64,000 bases of DNA from Thermoplasmatota archaeon. Its GTDB lineage: Archaea; Thermoplasmatota; Thermoplasmata; UBA10834. The stretch is from NCBI GenBank assembly GCA_018814355.1, contig JAHIZT010000053.1:798-64797 (forward strand), in the 5' to 3' direction. The notes beneath the pieces were generated by a model, which worked only from the letters and a program-made list of their open reading frames with translations, was not told the origin of the DNA and searched no databases. A program made the position numbers and the translations under genes. This document shows, in pieces, positions 21,608 to 35,856 of this stretch (its first letter is position 1; each line of letters starts with the position of its first letter).

Positions 21608-22903
21608 TCAACTCCTCTTGAAGCCATGACCTACGTTGGAATCCGTCGTTGCGACATTCCTTCCAGACGCCGCCTGGAAGATCGCCATGAACTCATCGTC
21701 CGTCAGGTTCCTCTTTTTTGTCTCCCCGATGCGGCAGACCTCCAGCCTCATAGTCTCCATTGCGTCAGGAGAAGCGGAGAGTCCCAGCTGGTCTAGCTTG
21801 TGCTTTATCGAGGCCTTCCCAGAGTGCTTACCAAGAACGATCTTCCTCGTGATCCCTAGCATGCCCGGGTCGAACGCCTCGTAAAGGCTCGGGTTCTTCA
21901 GTATGCCGTCGACATGGATGCCCGATTTGTGGGTGAACATGTTCTCCCCCACGATAGGGTGGTTGAGTGGAATGCCCAAGCCGGATGCCTTCTCAACATG
22001 TTTGCACAGCGGGAGTATGTGCTCTGCGTTGTACTTCTCGATCCCGTAGTGGCTGTGGAGATTCATCACGAACACTTCGAGGGATACGTTTCCCGCCCTC
22101 TCGCCGAGACCATTTACCGTGGTCGAGACCCAGAGCTTCCTGTCCTTGAACTCGGCTGCAGCCTCGCATGCTGCGAGTGCGTTCGCAATCGCCAGGCCGA
22201 AGTCGTTGTGCGCGTGAAACTCTACGTCGATGTCGACCGACGACATCACCGAGCGTATCAACCTCTTTGACTTCGCGGGCGTGAGGACTCCCACCGTGTC
22301 ACAAATCCTGAACCTGTCCCCGCCGGCCTTCTTTCCAACGGATGCGAACTCGATCAGGTAGTCTATCGATGTGCGCGTGGCGTCGCCTGCGTTGAAGCAG
22401 ACATAGACACCTTTGCCTTTCGCGAAGCTCACGCAATCTGCGAGCTTCTCAAGCTGTTGTGCGCGTGTGATCTTGAGCTTCTGCTCGAGGGCCATGTCAG
22501 AGGTGTCCGTGGATATGGAGACAGCGTCCACTCCGTGCGCGATGGAATCTGCAACATCGGCCTTGACCATCCTGTTCCATCCCATGATCGACATCCTGCT
22601 AGTGATTTCATTCAATAGTTCAGCAGTCTTCCTGTCGCTGTCGTTGTAGGTCGCAAACGTCTCGAGCTGCTCGATCCCCATCTGCTCAAGCTTCCTAGCG
22701 ATCTCCAGCTTCTCATCCATCGTGAACGAGATGCCAGGCATCTGCTCGCCATCACGGCAAGTCGTGTCAACAATGCAGATATCGCCGAGAATCGGATTGC
22801 GGGCCTCAGCATGAGCTGGGAAGATAGACCCTGCTGCTCCTTCGTCCACGCACGATCGAACGCCTTTCTCACATCCACTCTTAGTGCTCATCAACAACAC
22901 CAC
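21608..22903 (-). CDS. LeuA-family 2-oxoacid:acetyl-CoA C-acetyltransferase (2-isopropylmalate / citramalate / homocitrate / Re-citrate synthase family)
   Basis: DRE-TIM metallolyase motifs (DTTCRDGEQ, HAHNDFGLA). Substrate specificity cannot be assigned from sequence alone. Confidence 0.75.
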   Translation of the reverse strand: MVLLMSTKSGCEKGVRSCVDEGAAGSIFPAHAEARNPILGDICIVDTTCRDGEQMPGISFTMDEKLEIARKLEQMGIEQLETFATYNDSDRKTAELLNEITSRMSIMGWNRMVKADVADSIAHGVDAVSISTDTSDMALEQKLKITRAQQLEKLADCVSFAKGKGVYVCFNAGDATRTSIDYLIEFASVGKKAGGDRFRICDTVGVLTPAKSKRLIRSVMSSVDIDVEFHAHNDFGLAIANALAACEAAAEFKDRKLWVSTTVNGLGERAGNVSLEVFVMNLHSHYGIEKYNAEHILPLCKHVEKASGLGIPLNHPIVGENMFTHKSGIHVDGILKNPSLYEAFDPGMLGITRKIVLGKHSGKASIKHKLDQLGLSASPDAMETMRLEVCRIGETKKRNLTDDEFMAIFQAASGRNVATTDSNVGHGFKRS

Positions 22904-23131
22904 CTACAACCGCATCGGTCAACCCGACTTTCCTAGGCATCGGCCAGGTTGCTACCACGGTTCCCTATGCCCGAGATTCTGCAGGCCTCTCGAGCATGAA
23001 CTGCGAAGAGGAGATCGAGACGAACAAGAAGCGACTTTCAGAACAAATCCGGTTGCTTCTCGGAACGATGCCACGGGTTCTCCCTGCCTGTATGAGGGAG
23101 ATGAGGAAGTAGTATTATTACCATTGTGTCC

Positions 23132-23224
23132 ATTATTGGACGCTGAATTGACTACTTGTCGTATACTTGACTTTCTTCTTGGTCAATTGCCCAATAATAT
23201 CTTCAATATTGAGTCAAATGACTC
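23132..23224. repeat. Nested imperfect inverted repeat plus GAGTCA-aa-TGACTC palindrome in an AT-rich intergenic region upstream of the leuA-family operon
   Basis: ATTATTGG(23132-39)/CCAATAAT(23191-98) and AATTGAC(23146-52)/GTCAATT(23183-89) arms; GAGTCAAATGACTC at 23211-24. Confidence 0.4.
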
Positions 23225-23318
23225 CGACGATGGGGCAGGATAGCATGCAAAATCGGCAGTTGGCAAGCCCTCCAGACATCTCGTACTACTGGCCTGGTGG
23301 AAAACCTCTTTCGAAAAC

Positions 23319-27444
<4,126 letters not shown>

Positions 27445-27448
<4 letters not shown>

Positions 27449-28056
27449 CTGCGTCTTCCTCTGAAGTCCAGGCCGACCACATAGAGCTCCGAGCTCGTCG
27501 CCCTGGAAGCCTTCGGATGGTGCACATGCACCTCATCGAACTGTTTCTTGACGAGCTTCACGAACGCAGGACTCATGTCCCCGTAGAACATCTTCACAAC
27601 GAAGTTGCCCCCCTCCCTTAGGACCTTCATCGCGAACTTGAGCGCGTGCTCGCACAGCTCCACCGAACAAGCGTGGTCATAGGGGTAGTTCCCACTGATG
27701 TCCGGTGCCATGTCCGAGATCACCACATCCGCCCCGTCTGGGATGACCTCGAGCAGCCGAGCAACGATCTCGTCCTTTCTGATGTCCCCCCTGATGAACG
27801 CGACGCCCTCGATAGGCGTCATCCGGTCGATGTCCATTGCGATGACCTTCGATTCCGGCCCCGCGAGCTCCTTGGCCACCTGGGACCACCCGCCCGGGGA
27901 AGCGCCCAGGTCGACAATCGTATCCCCGGTCCTGATAAGATCGAACCTGAAATCGATCTGCTGCAGCTTGTAGGAGGACCTGCTCCTGTAGTGCTCCCGC
28001 TTTGCCTTTCTGTAGTATTTGTCCCTTCTGCGCTGGACCTGCCACTGTTTGCTCAC
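27445..28056 (-). CDS. rlmE: 23S rRNA (uridine-2'-O)-methyltransferase RlmE/FtsJ
   Basis: FtsJ motifs (RSRSSYKL, DLGASPGGWSQV, D...K...E catalytic tetrad). Confidence 0.8.
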
Positions 28057-28157
28057 GACCTCCGTGAAGCCTCTACCTGAAGATATGGTTTTCCCGTGTC
28101 AGGACGAAAAAGGTTTAGACTGAAGACGCAATCGCCCAGAAGCAGCGGGAGACACGC

Positions 28158-29180
28158 ATGCCCAAGAGGATGACTTACGCCCAAGCCGGCGTCGACATTG
28201 ACAAGAAATCCAGAAGCATCTCAGCTCTGGTCGAGCATCTGAAATTCAAGAGGGAGGGGCTCGGAGCCCCGATCGATCTGCCAGGCCATTTCACTGGCCT
28301 CATAGACTTCGGGGACTATGCCCTGACGCTTTGCACGGATGGCGTGGGGACGAAGCTACTGGTGGCAGACGCAATGCGCAAATGGGACACGATCGGCATC
28401 GACTGCATCGCAATGAACGTCAACGACACCATCTGCGTGGGCTCTGAACCGATAGGGTTCGTGGATTACATAGCGATCGAGAGGCCTGACAGGAAGGTCA
28501 CTTCCGAGGTGGGCAAGGGGCTGGAGCGCGGAGCCGAGATGTCGAACATGACCATCGTTGGCGGAGAGATCGCTGTCCTTCCGGAGCTCGTGAAGGGGTT
28601 CGACCTGGCAGGCACTTGCCTCGGGATGGTCAAGAAGGACGAAATCATCACAGGAGACGCAATCAAACCAGGCGATGCGTTGATCGGATTGCCGAGCTCG
28701 GGGATTCATTCCAACGGCCTGACCCTGGCGAGGAGGATATTCGAGAGCAACCATATCGGATACAAAGAGAATGTGAAGGGGCTCAAGAGATCCGTCGGAA
28801 TGGAACTCCTGGAGCCCACGACGATCTATGTGAGACAGGTCCTGAAGCTGATCGACAGGTTCGACGTCGAAGGCATGGCGAACATAACCGGCGGAGGCCT
28901 TAGGAATCTGATTCGGCTCAAGAAGGGCATCGGATTCGAGATCGAGGACCCCATGAGACCGAACCCGATATTCGATGTGATGCAGGAGCTCGGCAACGTC
29001 GCAGACAGTGAGATGTACCAGACATTCAACATGGGCATGGGTTACTGCATGGTCGTGCGTGAAAGGGAATCCTCAGATGTTGTCAAGGCTGCAGGCAAGG
29101 GAGCGAAGGTCGTCGGACATGCAGTCCGGTCGAACAGAGTTACTGTTCCTGGCCTCGGCCTCAAGTACTCCAAGTACTGA
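28158..29180 (+). CDS. purM: Phosphoribosylformylglycinamidine cyclo-ligase (AIR synthetase)
   Basis: PurM N- and C-domains (DIDKKSRSISALV, GLTLARR, GGGLRNL). Confidence 0.85.
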   Translation: MPKRMTYAQAGVDIDKKSRSISALVEHLKFKREGLGAPIDLPGHFTGLIDFGDYALTLCTDGVGTKLLVADAMRKWDTIGIDCIAMNVNDTICVGSEPIGFVDYIAIERPDRKVTSEVGKGLERGAEMSNMTIVGGEIAVLPELVKGFDLAGTCLGMVKKDEIITGDAIKPGDALIGLPSSGIHSNGLTLARRIFESNHIGYKENVKGLKRSVGMELLEPTTIYVRQVLKLIDRFDVEGMANITGGGLRNLIRLKKGIGFEIEDPMRPNPIFDVMQELGNVADSEMYQTFNMGMGYCMVVRERESSDVVKAAGKGAKVVGHAVRSNRVTVPGLGLKYSKY

Positions 29181-29202
29181 GGTTGGGGTCAAGAGCTGAG
29201 CA

Positions 29203-29475
29203 CTAGTCCTTCTTCAGCGTCCCGATCAGAGGATATCTCTCGACCACGCTCTCGTCGTGGGGCGCGTCGTCCATGGCGGATGTCAGATCCCGACCTGAGT
29301 TGTGAAGGTCCTGGTGGAACCCGCCCGTCCATGAATCGCTCCGGGATACGTCGTACACATTGCCGTTCACCGCGACAAGTATCGGTGCTCCGTTCTGACC
29401 GTTGGCCTTAGCTAGCTCGTCCCTTGTGTATTCACGCATCGCTACATCATCCTCTTGGGTGGAAGGACTCTTCAC
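29203..29475 (-). CDS. Cytochrome b5-like heme/steroid-binding domain protein
   Basis: About 80 aa with a cyt-b5-like core (YTRDELAKANGQNGAPILVAVNGNVYDVS...GG.H). Confidence 0.45.
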   Translation of the reverse strand: MKSPSTQEDDVAMREYTRDELAKANGQNGAPILVAVNGNVYDVSRSDSWTGGFHQDLHNSGRDLTSAMDDAPHDESVVERYPLIGTLKKD

Positions 29476-29759
29476 TTCTTCAGGGCGCTAAGGAACTCGT
29501 CGATTGGCAATGCAGACAACGTCATCGTCTCGAGCGTGCCCCTTGAGCCCAGCTCGACCATGACCTTCGCAATGGTCTTGTTGTCCGGAGCCTCCAGTAT
29601 GTTCAGGAAATCGTACTTACCCAGCAACGCGTACTGATGGAGCACTTTCGCCCCCATCTTCCCAATCTCCGCATTGACTTCCTTCAATCGGTCAGGCTTC
29701 TCCTTGAGAGTCTTCCTCCCCTCGTCCGTGAGTCTGGACAATACCACATACAAGCTCAT
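29472..29759 (-). CDS. GYD domain protein
   Basis: MSLYVVLSRLTDEGRKTLKEKPDRLKEVNAEIGKMGAKVL matches the GYD family. ATG verified at 29759. The ORF-track extension to 29873 is rejected. Confidence 0.5.
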   Translation of the reverse strand: MSLYVVLSRLTDEGRKTLKEKPDRLKEVNAEIGKMGAKVLHQYALLGKYDFLNILEAPDNKTIAKVMVELGSRGTLETMTLSALPIDEFLSALKK

Positions 29760-29841
29760 GCGATTCCTCCAGAACAAATGCAGGGCAGGCCCTTGGTTTA
29801 GTCTTTTCGGGGTCCCTGTCAGGGTGCGGCATCTCCGGGGG

Positions 29842-30372
29842 TCACTCGGCCATAAGGGAGCCGACCACTGCACCGAGAGCTGTGCAGGTCTCGAGCGACA
29901 ATCCGCGATTTGTCACATCGAGATGCTTCTGGCTAAGAACGAAAATCTCCTTCGGCAAACCGTGCGGGCCGAGGCCGAACAGTAGTAGGATCGATCTTCC
30001 TGACTTGAAGAGCGCTCTGGTGTCGGCTGTAGAGACCGCTCTGTCCTTAGCTGGCTTCCTCGTGGTGATGACGACCTCTCCGAGTTGCGGCGGGAAACCT
30101 TTCTTCGGGAAACCGAACGCGGAGAATCTCCCCTTTTGGGCGAGTTCGATCAGGTACTTGCCACTCTCGCCTATGCTCGTCGTGGTCGAGACCCAGTTCG
30201 CGATCTCGACGGGCGTGGATAACTCTTTGTCGTACGGAAAGCCGAAGGTCGCAAGGTTGCAGTCGAATGCCAGCGCGAGCGGCCCGGCTCTCGCCAGCGC
30301 TCTTCTGTGGGATTCGTGGAACTTGACCGGGTCGTAGGAATTGAAGAGACCGATCGTGACCCTACCAGGCAT
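29842..30372 (-). CDS. SPOUT-superfamily methyltransferase-like protein (DUF531-type)
   Basis: Archaea-specific ~175 aa protein with a SPOUT-like C-terminal knot region (LLLFGLGPHGLPKEI). Confidence 0.35.
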   Translation of the reverse strand: MPGRVTIGLFNSYDPVKFHESHRRALARAGPLALAFDCNLATFGFPYDKELSTPVEIANWVSTTTSIGESGKYLIELAQKGRFSAFGFPKKGFPPQLGEVVITTRKPAKDRAVSTADTRALFKSGRSILLLFGLGPHGLPKEIFVLSQKHLDVTNRGLSLETCTALGAVVGSLMAE

Positions 30373-30417
30373 GGAACTCTCGGTGGTGCAACAGCGTCGA
30401 TGCTCTTAGAACTCTGC

Positions 30418-30585
30418 CTAATCGGGAGCTTTCCTCACCCTGCCACAGATAGCGTACTGGTCGCCGTCGAAGAATACTTCCATGTCGGGGTTCTTGTTCT
30501 GTAGCTCCTTGATCTTCTCGAGTACCTCGCGCAGACTCAGCTCAGTGTTGTCCTTGTTAATCTTCACGAGCACTCGTTTTTCCAT
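30418..30585 (-). CDS. Small hypothetical protein (~55 aa) immediately downstream of hdrA
   Basis: ORF from MEKRVLVKINK. No recognisable family. Confidence 0.25.
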   Translation of the reverse strand: MEKRVLVKINKDNTELSLREVLEKIKELQNKNPDMEVFFDGDQYAICGRVRKAPD

Positions 30586-30693
30586 CTTCAATCCCTGTAT
30601 GTGCCAGACGCAAGATACCAATTCTTATTGAACCACTGAATATAAATACGTTTACACAAGGTCGGATTCATTGGCAGTACGCGCGCCCACGCG

Positions 30694-33141
30694 TCAATGA
30701 CCCGCGTGCGAGGACTGACCTGCCGAGTATGTTCCCTTGGGCCCGAAAACAGGGTTGACCTTGTGCGCAGAGGCTTCGAGGGCCTTCCTCCTTGCATCGG
30801 GAGGCACCTTCCCGAGCTGCCGGATCTTCTTGTCGAAGTTGTCGATGTGTTTCGGGAGCACTTTGTAGATCGGCAGAAGCATGGGCACGAATGTCACCCT
30901 GTCCTTGCCTATCCCCAGGGCGTCCAGTTCCGACGCGAGTCCCTTCAATCTCTCTTCAACGATGTGGGCGATCTCACCGCCCTCCTCGTCCGATAGGATG
31001 ACGCCGTCGGCTCCGTAGGCGAACGCTCGGAGGATCTCCCGCCTGCCCATCCTCGCAGCAGATGGGACCCTCATCATCCTGATCGAGGGCGGATACTCCA
31101 GTCTTGCAGTGCCTGCGCTGTCAGCCGCGACATAAGCCAGAGTGTCGCCAAAGAATCCGACTATCCTCAGATCTGGCGATGCCGCATCAAGCAGGCCGCT
31201 CATCTCAGAATCCACCTGTGAATCGGTGTAATGGGCAAGCTCGAACACGCGCTCGGGGCATTCGGAGACGCATGCCCCGCAACCTATGCAGGCGAACGTA
31301 TCGACTCTTGGTACCTCGTCGACCTGGATCGCCTTCGCCGGACAGATCGCCTCGCATGCTTTCCACTTCGTGCACTTCATCCCGTCCGCGACAATCGCCT
31401 TCACTGGGTCAACGAGCATCTTACCTGTGCCCAGGAACTCGACCACCTGTCCAGCAGTGCTCCTGCCATCTATGACGCTATCCCTCACATCCTTAGGCCC
31501 GAGGACAACACCGGCAGCGAATATTCCGGATCTATGGGTGGATACCGGGTCCAGCTTCGGATGCTTCTCAGACACGAACCCGTCCTCACCCAATGGCACC
31601 TTCATGAGCTTTGCCAGCTCGGCGGTCCCCTTGGAGGGCATCATCGCGGTGCAGAGCACTACCATGTCGAACTCATTCTCGATGATCTCGCCGAGGGTGA
31701 CATCCTCGGCCCTCACCATGATTCCGTTCGTGCCTTTCTGTATGTCCGAAACCTTGCCGTGGATGTACTTGACTCCGTAATCCTCCATCGACCTAACATA
31801 GAACTCCTCAAAGCCCCGACCGGCCGCCCTGATATCAATATAATACACGTAGACCTGCATGTAAGGGAAGGTCTTCCTGAGTATCACCGACTGCTTGATC
31901 GCGTAGTTGCAGCAGATCTTGCTGCAGTACGGCATGCCGACCTTCCGCGTTCTCGAACCCGCACAGAGGACGTACGCCACCTTCTTGACCCTGTTGCCGT
32001 CCGCTTTCCTTTTCAGGACCATGCCAGCGCCGCACTCGTTGATCATCAATCGCTCCATCTGAGTCGCAGTGATGACATCAGGCAGGGACGTGTCATACTC
32101 GTGGAGCTTCTTGACATCGAACATGTCGAAGCCTGTGGCGACGATCGCTGCTCCGACCTCGAACTCCTGGAACTGTTCCTTCTCCTCTAGGTCGATCGCG
32201 TGCACAGAGCAGACCTTGACGCACACACCGCACTTATTACACTTATCGAAATCCACAACGTACGATGCGGGCACCGCCTGTGGGAACGGCTTGTATATCG
32301 CCTTTCTCTCGTAGAGGCACTCCTCGAACTCGTTTAGGGTCTTAGCGGGACAAACCTTCTCGCACTTGGCGCATCCAATGCACTTCTTCGGGTCGACCCC
32401 CTTCGGGCCTATTCTGACCTTGACCTTGTAGCTACCCGGTGTTCCCGAGAACTCAACAACCTCCGTCCCAGTGTACAGTACGATATTCGGGTGAGTCCCT
32501 GCATCCACCATTCGTGGGCTCAGGATGCACGTGGCGCAGTCGAGCGTCGGGAAGGTCTTGCTAAGCTGGGCCATCCGGCCGCCGATGCTGGAGCTCTTCT
32601 CAACGAGATAGACCCTGTACCCCGAGTTTGCCAGCTGGAGCGAGGCAGATATTCCTGCGATCCCGCCCCCGATGACGAGCACCTCCTTGGACATCGTCAT
32701 CTCCTTCGGGAAGAGGGATTCGAGCCGAGCGGCTCTGAGAACGCCGCCCTTGACCAGGTCCTTTGCTTTCTTCGTGCCCTCGTTCTTGTCCTTGTGGACC
32801 CAGGAGCACTGCTCCCTGATGTTCACCATCTCTAGATTGTAGGGGTTGATACCGGCATCCTCGAGGGTCTTCCTGAAGGTCTTCTCGTGCATCTTGGGAG
32901 AACATGACGCTACGACGATCTTCGTCAGGCCATTCTTCTTGATGTCCTCGACGATCTGGTTCTGTCCGGGCTCGGAGCATGTGTAGACGTTGTCTCGGCT
33001 GATGACTACACCCTCAAGACCTTGAGCGTATTCGGAGACGGCCTTGCAGTCGACGGTCCCTGCGATGTTGCTTCCGCAGTGGCATACGTAGACCCCGATC
33101 CGTTCGTCCTTCTCCTCCTTCTTCTTCCCTTCGACAGCCAT
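30694..33141 (-). CDS. hdrA: Heterodisulfide reductase subunit A-like flavoprotein (HdrA) fused to a C-terminal MvhD-like domain lacking the usual Cys ligands
   Basis: N-terminal 4-Cys domain (VYVCHCGSNIAG), FAD motif VIGGGIAGISAS, and ferredoxin CxxCxxC motifs. The C-terminal RIVGFFGDTLAYVAADSAGTARLEYPPSIRMMRV...GADGVILS resembles MvhD with its Cys replaced. Confidence 0.8.
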   Translation of the reverse strand: MAVEGKKKEEKDERIGVYVCHCGSNIAGTVDCKAVSEYAQGLEGVVISRDNVYTCSEPGQNQIVEDIKKNGLTKIVVASCSPKMHEKTFRKTLEDAGINPYNLEMVNIREQCSWVHKDKNEGTKKAKDLVKGGVLRAARLESLFPKEMTMSKEVLVIGGGIAGISASLQLANSGYRVYLVEKSSSIGGRMAQLSKTFPTLDCATCILSPRMVDAGTHPNIVLYTGTEVVEFSGTPGSYKVKVRIGPKGVDPKKCIGCAKCEKVCPAKTLNEFEECLYERKAIYKPFPQAVPASYVVDFDKCNKCGVCVKVCSVHAIDLEEKEQFQEFEVGAAIVATGFDMFDVKKLHEYDTSLPDVITATQMERLMINECGAGMVLKRKADGNRVKKVAYVLCAGSRTRKVGMPYCSKICCNYAIKQSVILRKTFPYMQVYVYYIDIRAAGRGFEEFYVRSMEDYGVKYIHGKVSDIQKGTNGIMVRAEDVTLGEIIENEFDMVVLCTAMMPSKGTAELAKLMKVPLGEDGFVSEKHPKLDPVSTHRSGIFAAGVVLGPKDVRDSVIDGRSTAGQVVEFLGTGKMLVDPVKAIVADGMKCTKWKACEAICPAKAIQVDEVPRVDTFACIGCGACVSECPERVFELAHYTDSQVDSEMSGLLDAASPDLRIVGFFGDTLAYVAADSAGTARLEYPPSIRMMRVPSAARMGRREILRAFAYGADGVILSDEEGGEIAHIVEERLKGLASELDALGIGKDRVTFVPMLLPIYKVLPKHIDNFDKKIRQLGKVPPDARRKALEASAHKVNPVFGPKGTYSAGQSSHAGH

Positions 33142-33414
33142 ATGCGTGATAGTGGAGAATGCTCAACAGGGTAATTGTTCCTTTGGGCGGACTCAGTCCT
33201 GACCACAGTAAGCGGATGCGGGTTCTGGTTTATGGGATATCAACCCGCGCTGGACCCTACTGCCCAGAGCCGATTCCCGTTTGGGTAACTATAAATATTT
33301 CAATCTGACTATTTAGACCAGGACGGGACGTTACGGACATGAGTATGTGTTTGAAGCACAATCTGCTTATCCAAGTCCTGTGCTCCCCCCATCGAATCTG
33401 ACGGTCAAGGAGAG

Positions 33415-35838
33415 TTGATGCCAAACCCCGACGAGCCGGCCGAGAACTCCATTGCATGCCCCATATGCGGCTACCAGTCGCCAAAGGGTGCGACCAGGTG
33501 TGAACACTGCTACACTAGCCTACAGGCCGAAGAGAAGACAACGGGTGCTGGAGAGACCGAACCGGATCGCGGCCAGAACGAAGAGGGCCTTGAGGAACTC
33601 AGACTCGTTCCTGGAGTCGGCGAGGCGAAGGCCGAGACTCTGTATGAGGCTGGATACCGCTCGCTGAAGGACCTGCAGGAAGCTAGCGTCGACGAATTAT
33701 CAGCAGTGAAGGGCATCAGCGAGAAGCAGGCCGCCAAGATAATCAGGGGTGCAAACAGTCTTACGAACCCAAGCGGGGCCTCCCCGCTGGCAAACTGGCT
33801 TTCGGGAGAGGACGAGGGACTCTCCGAATGGCTTTCGGGGGAAGAGAGGGTCCAACCGGAGGCGACGGCAATGAAAGCCGACGCCCCACGGGATAATTCT
33901 CTGGCGAAATGGTTGGCTGGGGAAGAGGAGGATGTGAACGTCTGGCTTGAAGAGACCAGGGCACCTGAACCCGCTCCACAGACCATCGGACCTAACGAGG
34001 TCCTTGCAAGAGAAGCTGAATTGATCCAGCTGCGCGAGACCATGCGAGAGAAGCTTAGCCAGTTCGAATCAGGGGACTTCGACGCGCAGGCGACCATCGA
34101 AGAGCTCGCCAAGGCCAAGGGTGACCTCGAGATAGAGAGGGGCAAGGCTAGGCAGCTCGAAGAGGAACTCGAAAACGTCAAGCGTGGGAGCATTGCGGTC
34201 ATCAAGTTCATCAAGAACCAGCAGGGGTCTGAGATGGACCAGAGCACGCTCACTGACAAGCTGGCATCTGAGATGGCAAACCGGGAGAACCTCGAGCTCA
34301 AGATAATGCAGCTTGAAGAGGTCAATACGACCCTGAAGGAGGAAGTCGAGGCCGGGATTCAGGAGCTTCCTCCAGAGGCACAGGAGCTCAAGCGCAGGGA
34401 GACCGAGCTCGCGGAGATGAAGGCCCAGCTCGAAGCGATGAAGAAGCAGCTCCTGGCTAAGGAAGAGGCTCTGAGTCAGGGCATGCTGTCTGCACCCCCT
34501 GGGACTACGGTGATGATCGATGCAGGATCCGCGCAACGCGCAGAGGAGTCAGCCAGAAGGGAGCAGGAGCTGGCCGCGAGGATTCAGGAGATCGAGGGAA
34601 AGTTGGCCGAGGCGGATGTCCTGGTCAGACAGAAAGATGAGATGCTCAAGATCTCAGGCGGTTCTGCGAAGACCGTCGACAAGGAGGTCATGAGGAAGCT
34701 GGAAGACGCCCAGAGACTCGAGCGCACACTTGCGGTCAGGGATCAGGAGCTTCAGAGGGTAAGGGGGGATCTCAAGGTGAGCACGGAGGACCTCCAGAAA
34801 CTCAAGGAGCCGATGAAGTACAAGGAAGAGGAGATGCTCAGGCGTGAGGAGGACCTCATGTTCCGCGAGCGGCTGCTCCAGGAGGAGCTGAAGAAGGTCA
34901 CCCAGTCCAAGGCCGAGCTGACATCCCATGGCGAGATCGACCTTAAGAAACGCCTAGAAGTGCTCCAGGCAGAGGTCACGGCGAAGGAGGAGTCGATCAG
35001 GAACAAGGAGAAGTACCTGTCCGCCAAGGAGGAGGAGCTCAGGCTCAGGCAGCAGGGCGTGATATCCGACGAGATAGAAAAGCGCGAGCTGGACCGGATG
35101 CTCGAGGTCAAGCAGGAGAAGGTAAAGACGGGCACCGCCAGGCTCGACGACTTGCTGCTAGGTGGTATGCCGTTCGGTGCGAACGTGCTAGTCTACGGTC
35201 CTCCGTTCACTGGCAAGGAAGTGCTGCTCAACGTGTTCATCGCGGAGGGGCTCAAGAAGGGCATACCCGCGATCTGGATCCTGACAGAGAAGTCCCCAAA
35301 GGATGTTCGCGAGGAAATGACTTTCGTGGTCTCCGGATACGAAGAGTACGAGAAACTCGGGCTCGTGAGATATGTTGACGCGTATTCCAGGAGCATGGGA
35401 GATGACTCCCAGGACCCGTATGCAGAGTATGTTGAGTCTCCGACGGACTACGAATCAATCCAGAGAGCCGTGGAGACTGCCGCGAAACCGATGCGGGAGA
35501 AGCACCCGTATTATAGGGTCGGCTTCCGATCCATTTCCACGTTGATAGCGTACCTCGACCCTGGCACAGCGTTCAGGTTCCTGAGCCCTGTTGTAGGCAG
35601 GAGAAAGCGGGACAAGGCAGTTGCTATGTACACCATCGAAAAGGGCGTCCACGGTGAGCAGGAGATCCAGATGATAGGCTCACTGATGGATGGGATGATA
35701 GAGTTCAAGGTCGAGAACCTGAACACCTTCCTGGCGATCAGAGGCATCTGCGACGTTCAGTCGAGGTCTTTCATCAGATACTCCGCAACGAAGGTTGGCG
35801 TCACAATCGGTTCGTTCTCGCTGGACCACATCAGATAG
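33415..35838 (+). CDS. Multidomain protein: N-terminal zinc ribbon, (HhH)2, W-acidic repeats, ~400-aa coiled coil, C-terminal KaiC/RecA-like ATPase domain
   Basis: CPICGYQSPKGATRCEHC; HhH (LVPGVGEAKAETLYEAGY...VKGISEKQAAKII); three WL(S/A)GEE repeats; heptad-rich E/K/L region; C-terminal Walker A-like GPPFTGKE and KaiC-like fold. Confidence 0.6.
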   Translation: MMPNPDEPAENSIACPICGYQSPKGATRCEHCYTSLQAEEKTTGAGETEPDRGQNEEGLEELRLVPGVGEAKAETLYEAGYRSLKDLQEASVDELSAVKGISEKQAAKIIRGANSLTNPSGASPLANWLSGEDEGLSEWLSGEERVQPEATAMKADAPRDNSLAKWLAGEEEDVNVWLEETRAPEPAPQTIGPNEVLAREAELIQLRETMREKLSQFESGDFDAQATIEELAKAKGDLEIERGKARQLEEELENVKRGSIAVIKFIKNQQGSEMDQSTLTDKLASEMANRENLELKIMQLEEVNTTLKEEVEAGIQELPPEAQELKRRETELAEMKAQLEAMKKQLLAKEEALSQGMLSAPPGTTVMIDAGSAQRAEESARREQELAARIQEIEGKLAEADVLVRQKDEMLKISGGSAKTVDKEVMRKLEDAQRLERTLAVRDQELQRVRGDLKVSTEDLQKLKEPMKYKEEEMLRREEDLMFRERLLQEELKKVTQSKAELTSHGEIDLKKRLEVLQAEVTAKEESIRNKEKYLSAKEEELRLRQQGVISDEIEKRELDRMLEVKQEKVKTGTARLDDLLLGGMPFGANVLVYGPPFTGKEVLLNVFIAEGLKKGIPAIWILTEKSPKDVREEMTFVVSGYEEYEKLGLVRYVDAYSRSMGDDSQDPYAEYVESPTDYESIQRAVETAAKPMREKHPYYRVGFRSISTLIAYLDPGTAFRFLSPVVGRRKRDKAVAMYTIEKGVHGEQEIQMIGSLMDGMIEFKVENLNTFLAIRGICDVQSRSFIRYSATKVGVTIGSFSLDHIR

Positions 35839-35856
35839 ATCGGTTGCAGCCAGCTT

